This document shows positions 39,935-54,313 of a DNA stretch of 64,000 nucleotides, in pieces (the first letter of the stretch is position 1; the number at the start of each line of letters is the position of its first letter). The notes beneath the pieces were generated by a model that searched no databases, was not told the DNA's origin, and worked only from the letters and a program-made list of their open reading frames with translations. The DNA is from Chrysomallon squamiferum. Its lineage: Eukaryota > Animalia > Mollusca. A program made the position numbers and the translations under genes. The stretch lies in the NCBI GenBank assembly GCA_012295275.1, contig CM022666.1, positions 6,448,001-6,512,000 on the forward strand, given 5' to 3'.

Positions 39935-41335
39935 ATGTATATGTATTTATGTATTTATGTGTGTGTATATATGTGTGTATATATTTATATGTGTGTGTGT
40001 GTGTATTTATGTATGTATATATTTATATGTGTGTGTGTGTGTGTATGTATATGTAAGTACATGTATGTATTTATATGTGTATGTAAATGAAATGATATAG
40101 TAAAATTTCATTCTCTGTGCATACTCTTACTACTCAATCATGTATTATTAGCAGAAACTGGTCACTGGTAAACTAATTTTCAAAAACACAAATTGGACGT
40201 ATATAATTAATCTATTTGTATCATCAATGCTACACTTTAATGTTCACTAAAAAAATAAAACAATAAATAATAATTTAGGTACTAATGTTTTCATTTAATA
40301 TTTCTACACAAAATGAAGACAATTGCCTAATAAACAAATGCATGTATTTTTGTCATAACTTGTTTTGTTTAAAATGACTAATATAACCATACATATGTTT
40401 ATGGTGATACCTGTAATTGTTTGCAGATCTGAGTATTTGTAAGTAATTTTTACATAAATGCTTGCTTATGAAATAAGTGAACCTTTTATTTTCATAAGAA
40501 AAAATGTAATTATTAAATTTTTCATCACATTATCTAGTGAATGTAAAAGAAAATACTTTTTTTTTAAAAATAAATAAATATTTAATGAAGACCTAAATTA
40601 TAAATTATATTTTCTTTTTTTTTTTTTTTTTTTTTTTGGCCAAATAAATAAAATTTGATACAAAAAAAAAAAAACATAGTCTATTGTGTACAAAGGAAAG
40701 ATTACATTTCAAAATTATAATGAATTTATTTTTCTTTTTCTTTTATTTCATTTAACATTTTATTATTTCTTTTCTTTTTTTTCTTTTTTCTCACCTTGAA
40801 TCAGTTAATGGTTAGAAAAAATAAAAGAATATAAAAATATAAAATGATTTATAGTTCTATAATGAGAACTATTTTCCACTGGTTTTGACTAATTTGTGTG
40901 TAATAATGTAACAGGATTATCACTTATAAGTTGACATTATTAAACTTGACCCCAAGTTAGCCATTTAAATAATGCATGCGCATACATACATATTATGTTT
41001 AGTATTGCACTGTTTGATGGCATAATAGCATTATACGATTTTCATTATGCATGTTGTCACCTTTTCTTTCTGAAATTCTTTCTTGTTTCATAAAAATAAT
41101 ATAGATTTAAGTACTTAATTTTAAGCATGTAGAGACACTTTTTTGTACAGAATGCCTGGCATCTTCAAATGTGTGAACTGCACTGGTATCTGTTATATTT
41201 TAATATTCCTGTGACCATTACTTTCATCACTATTTATGTTAAAATCCAGTAATTTTATTTTGAAAAATATATATATTAGCTATCCATTCTTTGTTTAAAT
41301 TACTCTTGTCTTAAAATTACTTGATTCATTTTAAC

Positions 41336-41404
<69 letters not shown>

Positions 41405-41857
41405 GATTTAATTAATTAATTAATTATAAAATTTGTTTAATTTTCATCTTATTTTTATTTGGTATATAAAACTGTTTGTTAGAAAGCAAAACATACAGTT
41501 AATTTTCATAAAACACAAGCTTATTTATTTATTTATTATTTAAAAAGGAAGCAAACATATGTTCCAGGGAAAAAAAAAAATATATATATATATATATATA
41601 TTATTGTTTTTAGTTATTATTAGGATTATCAAAGTTTGTTTATTATGTAATTTACTTTAGAAATTTACGGAATGCCAAAAACCAAACTAAAAGGTTAGAA
41701 GAGGAAAACATAAAAATGGAAGAACGTCTAAGAGAACTCAAACTAGCAATGAGCAGAGAGAAAGAAGAAAGAGAGTAAGTTAAAATCTTTTGCTTGTTTT
41801 TAAATTTAATTTAATTAAAAATGAATAAATATTTAATGATTTTATTAATTATTATTG

Positions 41858-41901
<44 letters not shown>

Positions 41902-44233
41902 ATTAATTTTTAATGAAATTCAAATTTATGAATATATATATATATATATTTTAAAATTTTAAATCCAGAACTCACAAAAAAATAGTTAAAAATTGTCAAT
42001 TAATTCCTTAGAAAACTGCACAATTATTATTGTCATAATTTTGAATTATATAAATACAGTTTAAAATGTAACATTTAAAGATATCTGTATTGATACCGTT
42101 TTACCACATTTTATAAAACTTATTTTTTTTCGAACACAATAAATAACTTTATTATCATAAATTGTATTTTATATAAATATTTAAATTTTGAGGTAGATAT
42201 TTAAATATTTTACAGGAAGAAAGGTGGAGGCTTCTGGTCTAAGGGACAAACTGGTGTGCTAAGCAACTATGCTGGGGAAGTTTTGGAAAAGTCAAAGTCC
42301 AGAGTATGATTTTATGACTGAGTGTTCTGTTTTGCTTTTAATATATAATTAAAACATGAAAGTCTCTGCTTTGTTTCTCTAGCTGTTTCTTTCCTAAATA
42401 CTGATAACAGTTATTTTTAATCAGAATTCAGTCAGTTTATCATCATATGGAAATAAAACTTTAATCTCAGATGAAAAATAAAAGATACTGGTGTTTTTCT
42501 AGAACTTGAAACTAAAATGAGAAGTATATTATAATATTTATAATATAAAAGGGTAACTTTAGTTATTATTTTACAACTGAAAGATAAATATAAATCTGTT
42601 TGAATAGTTTGAAATTTTGGTATTTTATTTGTCGGAGTATTAAATTTTATAAGTAATATTTAATTTCAGAAGAAAGAAAAAGGTTTCAAAATTCTCAAGA
42701 ATGAACCAATAGGTAAATATATAATCTTTAACATTTTGTTTTTAATTAACTGTCACTACATTTCATTTATTTAATGTGATGCAAATTTTAACAAATAAAC
42801 AACATGCTATTATAGAGTAAAATTCAGTAATTATTTTAAATTTGATATTCTTATTTGCATTCATGACCTGAATATATATATGCTATTAGAATGTTACAGA
42901 AATAAAATAGTGTATGTTTAATAAAAAAGAACACATTCTATTAAGATATGAATTAATGTACAGATTATTTTCATCTGTGTATCTCTCTAAATTGTTTTAT
43001 TTATTTCCTCTTTTTTTTTTCTTTTCTCCTTTCTATAATAATTTATGAATATATATGTATACAGAGATTTTAAATCTCATAATAACAGAAGTGATAATTA
43101 AATATTTAAAATTTAAATGTTTTTTCGTTATTAGTTTTGATGTTGGTATTCTATTTTATTCTATTCTATTCTATGTATTACATTATTTTATATATTTTAT
43201 TTTATTTTATTTTTTTATTTTTTATTTTTTTATTTTTTATTTTTTATTTTTTTATTTAATATTTTATTTGAACTGAATTTTACGTTTCATATTTATTTAT
43301 TTACTTACTTGTTTATTCTAGTTCTGCCAGAACGAAGCAGTGAGCCTGGGACATTAAAGTATATTGCTCAGAGACCACTCAATGGCAAAGAAAACAAACC
43401 AAAAGGTTTGAAGTGTGGCCAGTGCGAAGAACGAAGTGCATCACTGGTAATTTACATTAAAACTATTTAATAAATATATATGAATAAATGTTAGTAATAT
43501 ATATATACTCCGTATTTAAGAATTTATCTTGCCTTGATTACTTGCTATCTCAAATTTTTATTCCACACAAAAACTGATGAATTTAAATCATAAATATTCC
43601 ATTTCGTATTTTAATGCATCTTGGTATATAGACTGAACTTTATCATTTATGTCTACACATTTTCATGCAGAGTGAATCTTTAGATTTTGTGGCTGTTGTA
43701 CCCTTTGGTACTGTGCTTCCTGAAGTATGTGATACTGCAGTTACTCATATCTTTCATTCAGTGTTCACTGAAAGTTACATTTTTAACAGTTTTTTGAAAT
43801 AACTAGAAAGAAATTAGTGGGTTGCATTGTGGATGTAGAAACATTCTTAAGGGGTCTGTGTTAAAAATTCATGGAATCACTTGTTAATGCATTGCTGGTT
43901 ACACGCTCTGTTTATATTTGTTCCTGTTTGTCAAGACTTGAAAAGATGTGTTGTTATTAGATACATGAAAATGTTTTGTAAGATAATGAAAAAAAAGAAA
44001 AAAGAGTCTACTAATAAAACATTTTATGTTATTTAAAATGTTACAGTTGTGTATCTCTGACAGTAATAATAAAAAATACCAGTCATAGAAAATCCATACC
44101 AAGACTGTTAGTTATATTTATGTATGCAGACACAAACACACAAACTACTCATACACTATTCATACACAGTTTATGCACTCACACATGTACAAGTAAAGTA
44201 GAAAGAAGGAAAAATAGATAATAATTTGTTGAG

Positions 44234-44283
<50 letters not shown>

Positions 44284-47200
44284 GTGTGTGTTATCATATT
44301 AATTATTATCTACCATATTAGTGTAAATAAAAGTATATAACTGATTATTTAGTTTTTTCTGTTTCTGTCTTTTCATTTTCCTAGGCTTGTCTGCAGTGTT
44401 CAGAGCATTACTGTACCAGATGCTTTGCAGCATTTCATATCAAAGGTGCTCTGAAAAAACATCGAAGCATTCCTGTAACGGTATGCTCTTTTGTCATACA
44501 TTTCTTTTTAAATACTAGATTAGTGAACTATTATTAACATAAAATGTAATTTCTTTTTATTTTTTTTTTATCTTCATGCATTTATTTGTTTCGAATGTAA
44601 TTACATTATTTTTAAATATAACATATATATTTCTAAACTGTATCGAGTGTTCTTACTATTAATGAAAAAAACAGTGAATATATTGATTTTAAATATTATG
44701 TCTTTTATTATCGTACAGAATCTGTAGATTGATTTTTTTTTTACAATTTTGTTTTTTTATTTACTGTGAATAAAGAGTAGATGTATCTTCAGAATTAATT
44801 AATTCATAATTTTAGCATTAATATTTCATAATCTGAATACTTCTTTACTTATGTTTTCACTTATCTGACATAATAATTTTTGATATTTTTGGTCTTTTGC
44901 AGGCCATGGGGCCAAGACAAAGCATGTCTCCAAGACCATTGAATTCATACAGGTTAGTGTTTTTACATTATTAAGATTATATTCTGGAAAGTACTCTTTA
45001 TTACGTCATAATGTTGTGATATATTTGAAATGGTTAATTAATTTTAATGTGGTATGGTTTATGATCTTATAATTAGTAAGACTGCTGTTATGATAAGATT
45101 AAATTTGTAGTCTATCAATATAGTAACAGCTGTAAGTTTGCATTAACAATTATTTAATAAAATAATAAAAATATTTTATCTTATTTATACAATGATATTC
45201 AGTCCATTTTCTCTTCTTTTTTTTTATAATCATTATTATTATTTTTTAATATATTTAAAATGTAGTGATGTTTCTGATTAAAATATATTTAAATAAAACT
45301 AATTTTCAGAGAATATGATTCAGCTCGTGATGTCAGTGTGGTTGGAGCAATGTCTAGCAGTATTGATAATGAGGTATTTTTCGTATTAACAAACTAAACT
45401 TTAATTTATAAACAATAATTTCCATTGGTAGTTCTTCTGCAAATGATATGGTGAACTTTATTATCAATCTTACATTCTAACAATATTGGTGTAGCTTTAG
45501 TAATGATGTTTGACACATTATTTCATTGATTATTTTCATTTGATAATTGTAAACTCCAAGAGAAAGAAATACAAGTTAATGATACAGTCACAAGAACATT
45601 TATTCATTAATAATACCCAATTATCCAACAAATTATGAATACAAAATGTTTTTTTTTTTTTTTTTTTTTTTAGGAGTCTGATCCAGATGGTCCTGAAGGA
45701 GCTAGTGGCTCCTACGATAGGCCGTCTTTGATGGCAGGCCGTTACGATGAAGCTGAGAGTGCAGCATCGTTTCAGCAGGCACTGTCGGCATGGAGAAGTG
45801 GTGAGAAGAGTCCAGGTCAGAAGATGTCTGAAAACAAAGAACTTAGTTCACAGAACTCTGCAAAAAATCCAGGTGAAAAAATGAAAACTGTTTTTGACAT
45901 ATTAGTAGTATTTTTTTTTCACATTGTTCTGGTGTCGATTACAAATGTCAGTCTTATTTGAAAAAATAACAAAGATGTGTTTATTTTTGTCTTAGTTTAA
46001 AGTGTTATCTGCTCTGATTTTGTAAAATGGTTAAAAATTATAGTTATTATTTTTGTTTTTTGACTTAATTAATATAGTTGGCGAAATTAAGCATTGGGAT
46101 TGTTTTGATAGTTGTGCATATTTATAAAAAAAAGAATCTTTCATTCATTTATATTTTTATTTTCTGACACATATTTTTATATTTTATATATTTTATATTT
46201 ATCTGTCTGTATTTTTATATATATATATATGTGTATATATATATATATTTTTTTTCCTAATCATATTTTTATTTTTATGTATTTTTTCTAAAATGTTTAA
46301 AACAATTTATTTATTTTATTATTATTATTTTTTAACACATATTTGTTTTATATATTCTAATGCATGTTAACATATTTTTTTTTTCTCTTCAGTATTTAGC
46401 ACTGAGAGTTCCACAAGCACTACAGCTGTCATAGTGTCACCTGAAATTCATTTCCATAGCAAATTGACCTATGCTGAGAGATTGCTACTGAAGACACATC
46501 GAAGAACTGAAATCCCTTCTCTGGGTTCAGTGACCCCAACAAGTGGACGTCAGTCTTCTTTTTCACGTAGAGATGATGATGACAATGATGGTAAATATTT
46601 AATATTCCACTTCTATAGCTATGGTTTTCTAATGGTAATAATATAATCATAGTCTCATCAGTACTGCTTGATGTTTGTTTGTGCACTAGTTGTAAGGTGT
46701 TAAATTTTGATCATGAATTTTTTTTTTATGATATGTTGGCAAAGCTTGTGTTATAAAACTGAATGGGAAGATAAAAATTTAACATTTTTATTTTTATTTT
46801 TTTTATTCATTTATTTTTATATTTATTTTATATTTTTTATTTTATTTTATTTTATTTTATTTTATTTTATTTTATTTTATTTTATTTTATTTTATTTTAT
46901 TTCATTTCATTTCATTTCATTTCATTTTACATTACTTTACCTTACCCTACCATACCCTACCCTACCCTGCCCTGCTCTACTGTCCAGTATTTCACCTAAC
47001 CAGTTCTGGTTTTTTTTTGTTAAAATAATAACTTCTTGAAAAATATTTTGAGTAACATCTGTTTATTTGAAGTATTTTATTTACATCTTACTTAGATGAT
47101 TTGGATGGAGAGCCAGTAAGTTTCACTGCCCTGTAATGAGGCATCTGTCAATGTACAGTCACCACGGCAACCAGCAAGAGTAGACTCTGACATTTCCATG

Positions 47201-50200
47201 ATAGAACTGGACTCAAACTCCGTGAGTATTCTTAATTTGATTCTAAAAAAAATTTTGTTATCGTAGATGTACTGTGTCTGTTAGTATATTTATAAAATAT
47301 AAATATTGTTAGAATGTTCCATCATTATATCTTGTCCAGGGGAGACAATTATGATCATAATTATTTGGTGGTTGACTCTACTGGTTTCCCTTCAGAGTGA
47401 GTGTCAAAGTATCCATGTTGCTGACTGTTCTTTTTTTTTTTTTTTTTTTCTTATTTATTAACTGAATATACAGAAAAAAATACAGGAAATACTAATTACT
47501 GTCTTAAGATGTTAGTGATTTGCAGTGAGACATACACACACACACACACTTTCAATCTTTCTTACAGCTGCCATAATATAAATATTAGTCCTTGCATTAT
47601 TAATAATAACAGGAAGAAATAAAAAAACAGAAAAATCACATGTGTGGAATTTTTCAGAGAAATTTTACCATTTACGTTTCCAATTCATAATTGTAAAAAT
47701 CACTTGTTACATGGAAAAATGTTGTTGTTGATATTTAAAAGAAAATAACATGAACTTCCACAGCAGGGGCAAGATGTATTCTCAGATACTCTATACTCGT
47801 TATATTTAATATAATATCATTTGTTTTTGTTGTAGGCATACAAAGATCACCATTCCATGAAAATAATTGATCCGTATGAAGTTAAAGAAGTTGAACCATA
47901 TGAAGCGTGGGAAGTGGAAAATTTGAAGTATGTATCCTCAGTTCAGAAATTACCAAAGCTATTTCACTGATTTAAATAATATATTTAAAATGTGACATAA
48001 AATTGACACAAAACATTAAGTTTTCAACAATCATTTTTTGATTATTATTATTATGACACAACCTCTGTATGACAGCTGTGTGAATTTAATAAACCTTTTA
48101 TAAAGTTTTATCACATACTTGTTCTTAATAACTTAATGATCTCTAACAGAAGTTTTGAAACCGTGGTATCATTTTTTAATTTATTGTTATTTTATATTTT
48201 TGATTTCCAGAAATTTTAATTTTGCATTATTTTGTATCCAATTAAATCGCTACACATTTTGTTCATGCATTAACAGACCATACCAAAGCTGCTCTGTCAT
48301 GGTGTTTGGAAATGGTTTATAGAAATGATAGATTTGCGTTTCATTTCTCTTTATTTTTAGCAAAGTTTTGACTGAAGCAACACAACAGGAAACACCACTG
48401 GCTGCCAAACCTCCCCCATCCAGAGGGTACAACAAGAAACAGTCTAGAAAATCAGCTGAACCAAAAAATCAAACAAGCGACTCTACGGAAACCGACCATT
48501 CATCAACGAATCAAAATCACGAAAACAAAAAAGACAAAACTACTTCCAGCAAACGGAACATTTCCTCCAGGCAGGGAAGTGGAGATGGTGATAATGAAGC
48601 TGAACCTGAGCTTCAGTTCAGTCAACCAAAGTCTCGTTGTGCTTCAGCTAGGTCTGTACGGTCAAGGCCATCGTCTGCACGAGCTAAATCGTCCAAGTCA
48701 CGAATGTCATCAAGACCTTCAAGCAGAGCAAAATCAAGAATTGGGTAAAGCTGAATTTTGTTTTTTCATTCGTTTGTTTGTTGTATATTTATTTGTTTCC
48801 TTTATCATTTTGTTTACCCCTACCATTCTATTAAATTTTTCTTTTTTATTTATTTATTCATTTATTTTTTTATGCTCATATTTTTTATTCCTGGAGTCAT
48901 TATTTATTTCCTTCCAACCTTTCTCATTTTTTAATTTATTGATAATTATATTTTTATTTCATCATTTTGTAATTCCAAAATAAATATACAACATTTTTAT
49001 TAACATAATACTTATTATCATTATTATTATTTTTTAGCACATATTTTTTTATGGGTCACATTGCTATCACTCTATTACAGTATTATAATAAAAATCTTGT
49101 CTTTCATTTTTCTTTATATCCACGTAATACTTACTTATACATCTATATTTAATCAATATTATCTTACTACATATCTTATTCAGCTGTATGCATATACAAT
49201 GGTATGATTAAAAATTAATGGTAAGGAACACTCCTGACCTTTGAAGGAATTAATATTTGTCTTCTTTTTGTCGACAGAGAAGGAGTTTTAACAAAAGGAC
49301 CAAATGAACTGTTAAGAGAAGTAGCCAGTCGTTTAAGTCATACTGAAACAAATGCGTACAAATCTCCGATGGAGAATTTTTTCACAATGGGAGTGGAGAA
49401 GGAATTCCAGGAAAGAACAATGACTCCGTCCAAGAACAAGAAAGCCAAAGAAGATTCCTTTAAAGTTAGCAACAGACGTAAGTATTTCTTGTCATTTATT
49501 CAGAAAACACTGCCTGTGATGTACAGAGCATCAGGTTAGTTATCATGTTGTTTTTTTTAGTCCAGAAAATTCTGTGTTGTTAATTTATCAGTTACATGTT
49601 CCTGTTTGTTTATAAAGATTTCTTATACTTATTTATTACAGGAGTGGAATTTTATTATTATTATTATTATTATTATTTCTTAATCTTTTTAATGCTTTCT
49701 TTGATTGATATTTGTCACACTGATATCAAAATTTAATCTTAACAGTAATGCTTCATCTTCACTTTGTAATTATAATTACACTTTACTTTATTTCATGAAA
49801 AAACAAATGCCTTATTATTCTTGATATATCAAAACCCAATATTAAAATCAGAAATAAAACATAACATCCTACATGTTAACAATAATAATGATCTTCTTTT
49901 CCAACAACAGATATCATTTAAAACATATAAACTGTGCTTTGCAGAATTGCGAAATATTAATTTTACTTTCAGATAGTGAATATTATTCACATACAGCTTA
50001 ATGAAAAGTTAATAACATTTTCAGATAATTATCATATTTTAAAATAAAAATCTTGAATATTGTTTATCAGCTGTTTAATGAATATATATATATATTTTCA
50101 GATAATTATCATATTTTCAAAATACAGATTTAAATATTATTTATCTACTATTTAATGAATATTTATATTTTAAGATAACTATCATATATTTTTTTTAAAT

Positions 50201-50807
50201 ACAAATTTTAAATTATATTTTATCTGTTATTTAATGAATATTTATATTTCCAGATAATTATCACACTGTCATATAATAATCCAAAACATTTATTTACCTG
50301 CTTCTTAATACTTTGTTATAATTATTATAATATTTTGTATTTGTAGTATATCAGATGGCTCCATGTTCCTGGAAACCAGATAACAGCCTAGAAAACCACC
50401 TTCCTTCAGATACAGTTGTCTTAGATAATAGCGAATTTCTGTCACAGTTTGTTGGTAGTGAAGAGTTGAATGAAGAAGCATTAAGAGCTGAAAGGTATTT
50501 ACGTTTTAAATCAATTTCCTTTAAGTGTATTATTATGATATTTTAGAAAACCACCTTCCTTCAGATATGGTTGTCTTAGATAAGAGTAAATTTCTGTCAC
50601 AGTTTGTTGGTAGTAAAGCGTTGAATGAAGAAGCTTTGAGAGCTGAAAGGTATTTTATGTTTTAAATCAGTTTAGTTTAAGTGTATTATTGTGATATTTT
50701 GTTGGTCCAGTTGTTTTAATGATCGAAGTCACTGGCACCTGTCTAAATAATGTTTTATTAAAAATTAAAATAATATTTAAGTATTTTTTTACTTGCATTT
50801 GTTTTAT

Positions 50808-50838
<31 letters not shown>

Positions 50839-51732
50839 CAGAAGTGGAATGTCCAGAGGTGATACGCTAAAAGTTGAAAAGGAACAAGATGACATTACCA
50901 GAAGTAAAATGTCAAGAAGTGAAGTGTATCAAGATGAGATTGCAAGACCTACATCATCCCAGTCTGACATGTATGGAGATGATACCCCTAGAAATGAAAT
51001 ATCAAGAAATGAGACACCCAGAAATGAAATATCAAGAAATGGGACACCCAGAAATGAAATATCAAGACGTGGGACACCCAGAAATGAAATATCAAGAAAT
51101 AGGACATCAAGAAGTGAAATATCAAGAAATGAGACACTCAGAAATGAAATATCGAGAAATAGTACACCCACAAATGAAATATCGAGAAATAGTACACCCA
51201 CAAATGAAATGTTTAGAAGTGGGACACCCAGAAACGAAACATCAAGAAATAGTACATCCAGAAATGGAATGTCAAGGAATGCCACACCCAGAAATGAAAC
51301 GTCCATAAATAAAACCCCAAGAAACAAAAGGTCCAAGACTGAAATCACAAGACGTGAAATTCCAAGAAATGAACGGTCAAAAACTGAAATACCGAGTGAC
51401 GAAAATTCTGAATCTGAATTCTACTACGTTTCTGGAAATGAAGAGACAAGAAGCATCACACCCAGAAATGTGACTCCAAAGTGGCCATCGCCTCCTCCTG
51501 TTCCAAGACAGGACTCGGCCCATTTCAAAAGGCCAATCAGTCAAACAGAACAAGTGAGATATGATACACCAGACACAGAAAGAACTCCGAGAGGAAAAAC
51601 TCCCCGACAAAACAACAATGGCCGACCTGTAAGTAAGCAGGGTAGCAGACCCAGTTCCAGATTTGCTGGTGATGGCAGAACCTCAAGAGCTATAGGTATT
51701 GTATTTATTTTCTATTGATTTTTTTTTTTTTA

Positions 51733-51777
<45 letters not shown>

Positions 51778-54262
51778 ATTTTACTTAAGTAGTGATATAC
51801 GTTTATCATAGATTAAGTTTATTTTATACATGATATATTAAAAATAATAATAATAATAAAATTAAAAACAAAAACGTAAGTCGGTCGAAAAAAAACGATC
51901 TGTTAATGACAGTGATCATGATAAATGAGAAACTTCAGTCTTGAGATTTTTCTCGTACAGTTTGTTTCAGTATCAGTTTTATTAGTAGTAGTAGTGGTAG
52001 TAATAGTAGTATTATAGTGGAACCTCGGGTTACGAACGCCTCGAAGCACGAACAAATAAGATTACGATCCGTAATCTTGGGCAATTTTTGTCTAGGTTTA
52101 CGCATAATGTTCCGAGTTACGAACTACAGCGACGCGCCACGGCAATCTTTCTTTTGGCGTCGGTTTTGACGTCATCATCTAGTAAAGATAAGAATAAATA
52201 GTTGCGTCAAAACCGTGTTCAAAGTAAGCATGCCCTATAGCAAATATATATCATAAATTATGGCCTTTAGTCTTCGATACGCAGTTGCAGCTCAATGGCT
52301 TTTGCACTGAGATCGTGCGCTTGCATTTTTTAAAGTTTGCTGCTTTTATGTGTATATTTTTTTATTATACCCTATCCAATATGGCGCCCAAGAAAACAAA
52401 AAGCCAAAGCGATAATGCTGGTGGAAAGTATAAACGTATCACAGAAGAGGTTAAAAAAGAAATCATTGCAAAACATGAGAGTGGCGTTCGTGTGTTTGAT
52501 ATCGCTTCACTTTATTTACAATTCGGTTTACGAACCGAGTTCTGGAATGAATTAAGTTTCGTAACCGGAAGTTCCACAGTATATTATTATTGCTAAAATC
52601 ATCATCATCATCATCATCATATTATTATTATTATTATTAAGTTTTAACAAATAACATCTATTTTCAGAATCCAAAATGATATGAATAAATGTTTTTATAT
52701 TTTTTTTCTAAATATATCTTACAAATACTTTAATGGGTTTGATACTGCAGCAGCAGCAGCAACAACAACAACAACAACAACAACAACATAACAATAATAA
52801 TAATTGTAATACTGTTAATATTATTATTATTATTATCATTATTATTATTGGTCAGCTTAAAAGTTTAATGAAAAATTAATCGTGAAAAGTTATAATATAG
52901 TTTGATGAATTGTAAATTTTTAAATTATTATCTCTAGTTAATCATACATTTTATTTATAGTCGTTGATGGTGAAGATATGAGTAAATATGATGATGTTTA
53001 TTGTAATGAAATTCAAGAGAAGGAAGATAATGAAACTTTAGAGAAACTTGAATGGGAATTGGCTTCTGAGTCAGGTCGTTTGACAGGTGAGAGAACACAC
53101 ATACCATTCAGAACTGTTTCTTTTAATTATTGTTGTGTGAGTGTTGTTGTATGAACAGGCTTCTGAGACATATGTTGCTTACTTACATCATTTACTCAGT
53201 AATCTTCCAAATTGTTTTAATTGTTTCTGTTGTAAGTGTTAGTATTGTGGTGAATATTGTTACTGTTGCTGCTGTTGCTGTTGTTTTTGTTTTTATATTA
53301 TTGCTATTGTCAGTTGTCAATATGACAACTTGTGTTATATACTCAGTTATCTTGTATTAGTATTGTGGTGAATGTTATTGTTGTTGCTATTGCTGCTGCT
53401 TTTTTTGTTTGTTATATTATTACTGTTGTTACTTGACAAATGAGAACTTATGTTATATACTCAGTAATCTTGTTGTTGTGTTAGTGTTATGACTTTTGTT
53501 GTTGCTGTTCTGTTCATGTTGCTGTTGTTTTTGTTGTTGTAGGATCTAGTTTCCAAGACTGGATGCTTGACAAATGAGAATTTATGTTATATACTCTGTA
53601 ACCTTCCATATTATTTGTTTTAATTATTGTTGTTGTTGTGTTAGTATTGTGGCATATATTGTTTATATGGATGTTGTTGTTGTTCTTCTTCTTCTTTTGT
53701 TGCTGTTATAGTAGTTTGTTGTTTTATGCTTGCTTTGGTAAATAGTAAAGTACAATGTTAATATGAAAAGCCAGCCAATAAGCCATTATTTTTCTTTGCT
53801 CATGTGCTTATGTCACAAATAGAAATATTGACATCAATTTGTATTACCTACATAGAATATTGCATATGGTTTGCATTTCTGCTATTTTTATTTTATATTT
53901 GTTTATTTATTCTTTCATTCATTCATTCATCCATTTATTTTATTTTATTTTATTATTATTATTTGTTTTTATTGTTAATTTTCATATCTAAATTATTGTT
54001 AAATTGCTGTGTTGTTGTTGTTTGTTTATTTGTTATTTTTTATTATTATTATTTAAATGTTTTAGCTGAAGGCCAGATCTCAAGAATAAGTCTGAATGAT
54101 GATGTTTTCTCTGGGTCTGGTAGTTCACAAGGAAGTACACCCACTGGACAATTCAAAACAGATCAGAGTTTTGACCTGAACTCCAAATTAAGGTATAAAC
54201 CTAATCAAAAACCTGAATTATTAAAAATTGTTCTTAAATTATTCAAAATTTGGATTAGATGA

Positions 54263-54313
<51 letters not shown>

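Noticed and set aside
46940-46970. Telomere-like CCCTA repeats
   Set aside because: 5-bp units derived from the adjacent pentamer array, not TTAGGG or TTAGG.
47932-47939. GTATCCTC U12-like donor in ZBBX
   Set aside because: Gives the wrong phase and there is no U12 branch point near the next acceptor; the GTATGT donor 4 nt upstream fits.
50874-51348. CRISPR-like array or overlapping genes in three open frames
   Set aside because: Head-to-tail 30-nt coding repeat with no unique spacers and no cas genes; extra open frames follow from the stop-free unit.
54265-54309. Long poly(T) as a retroelement tail
   Set aside because: No adjacent SINE/LINE body or TSD recognisable.
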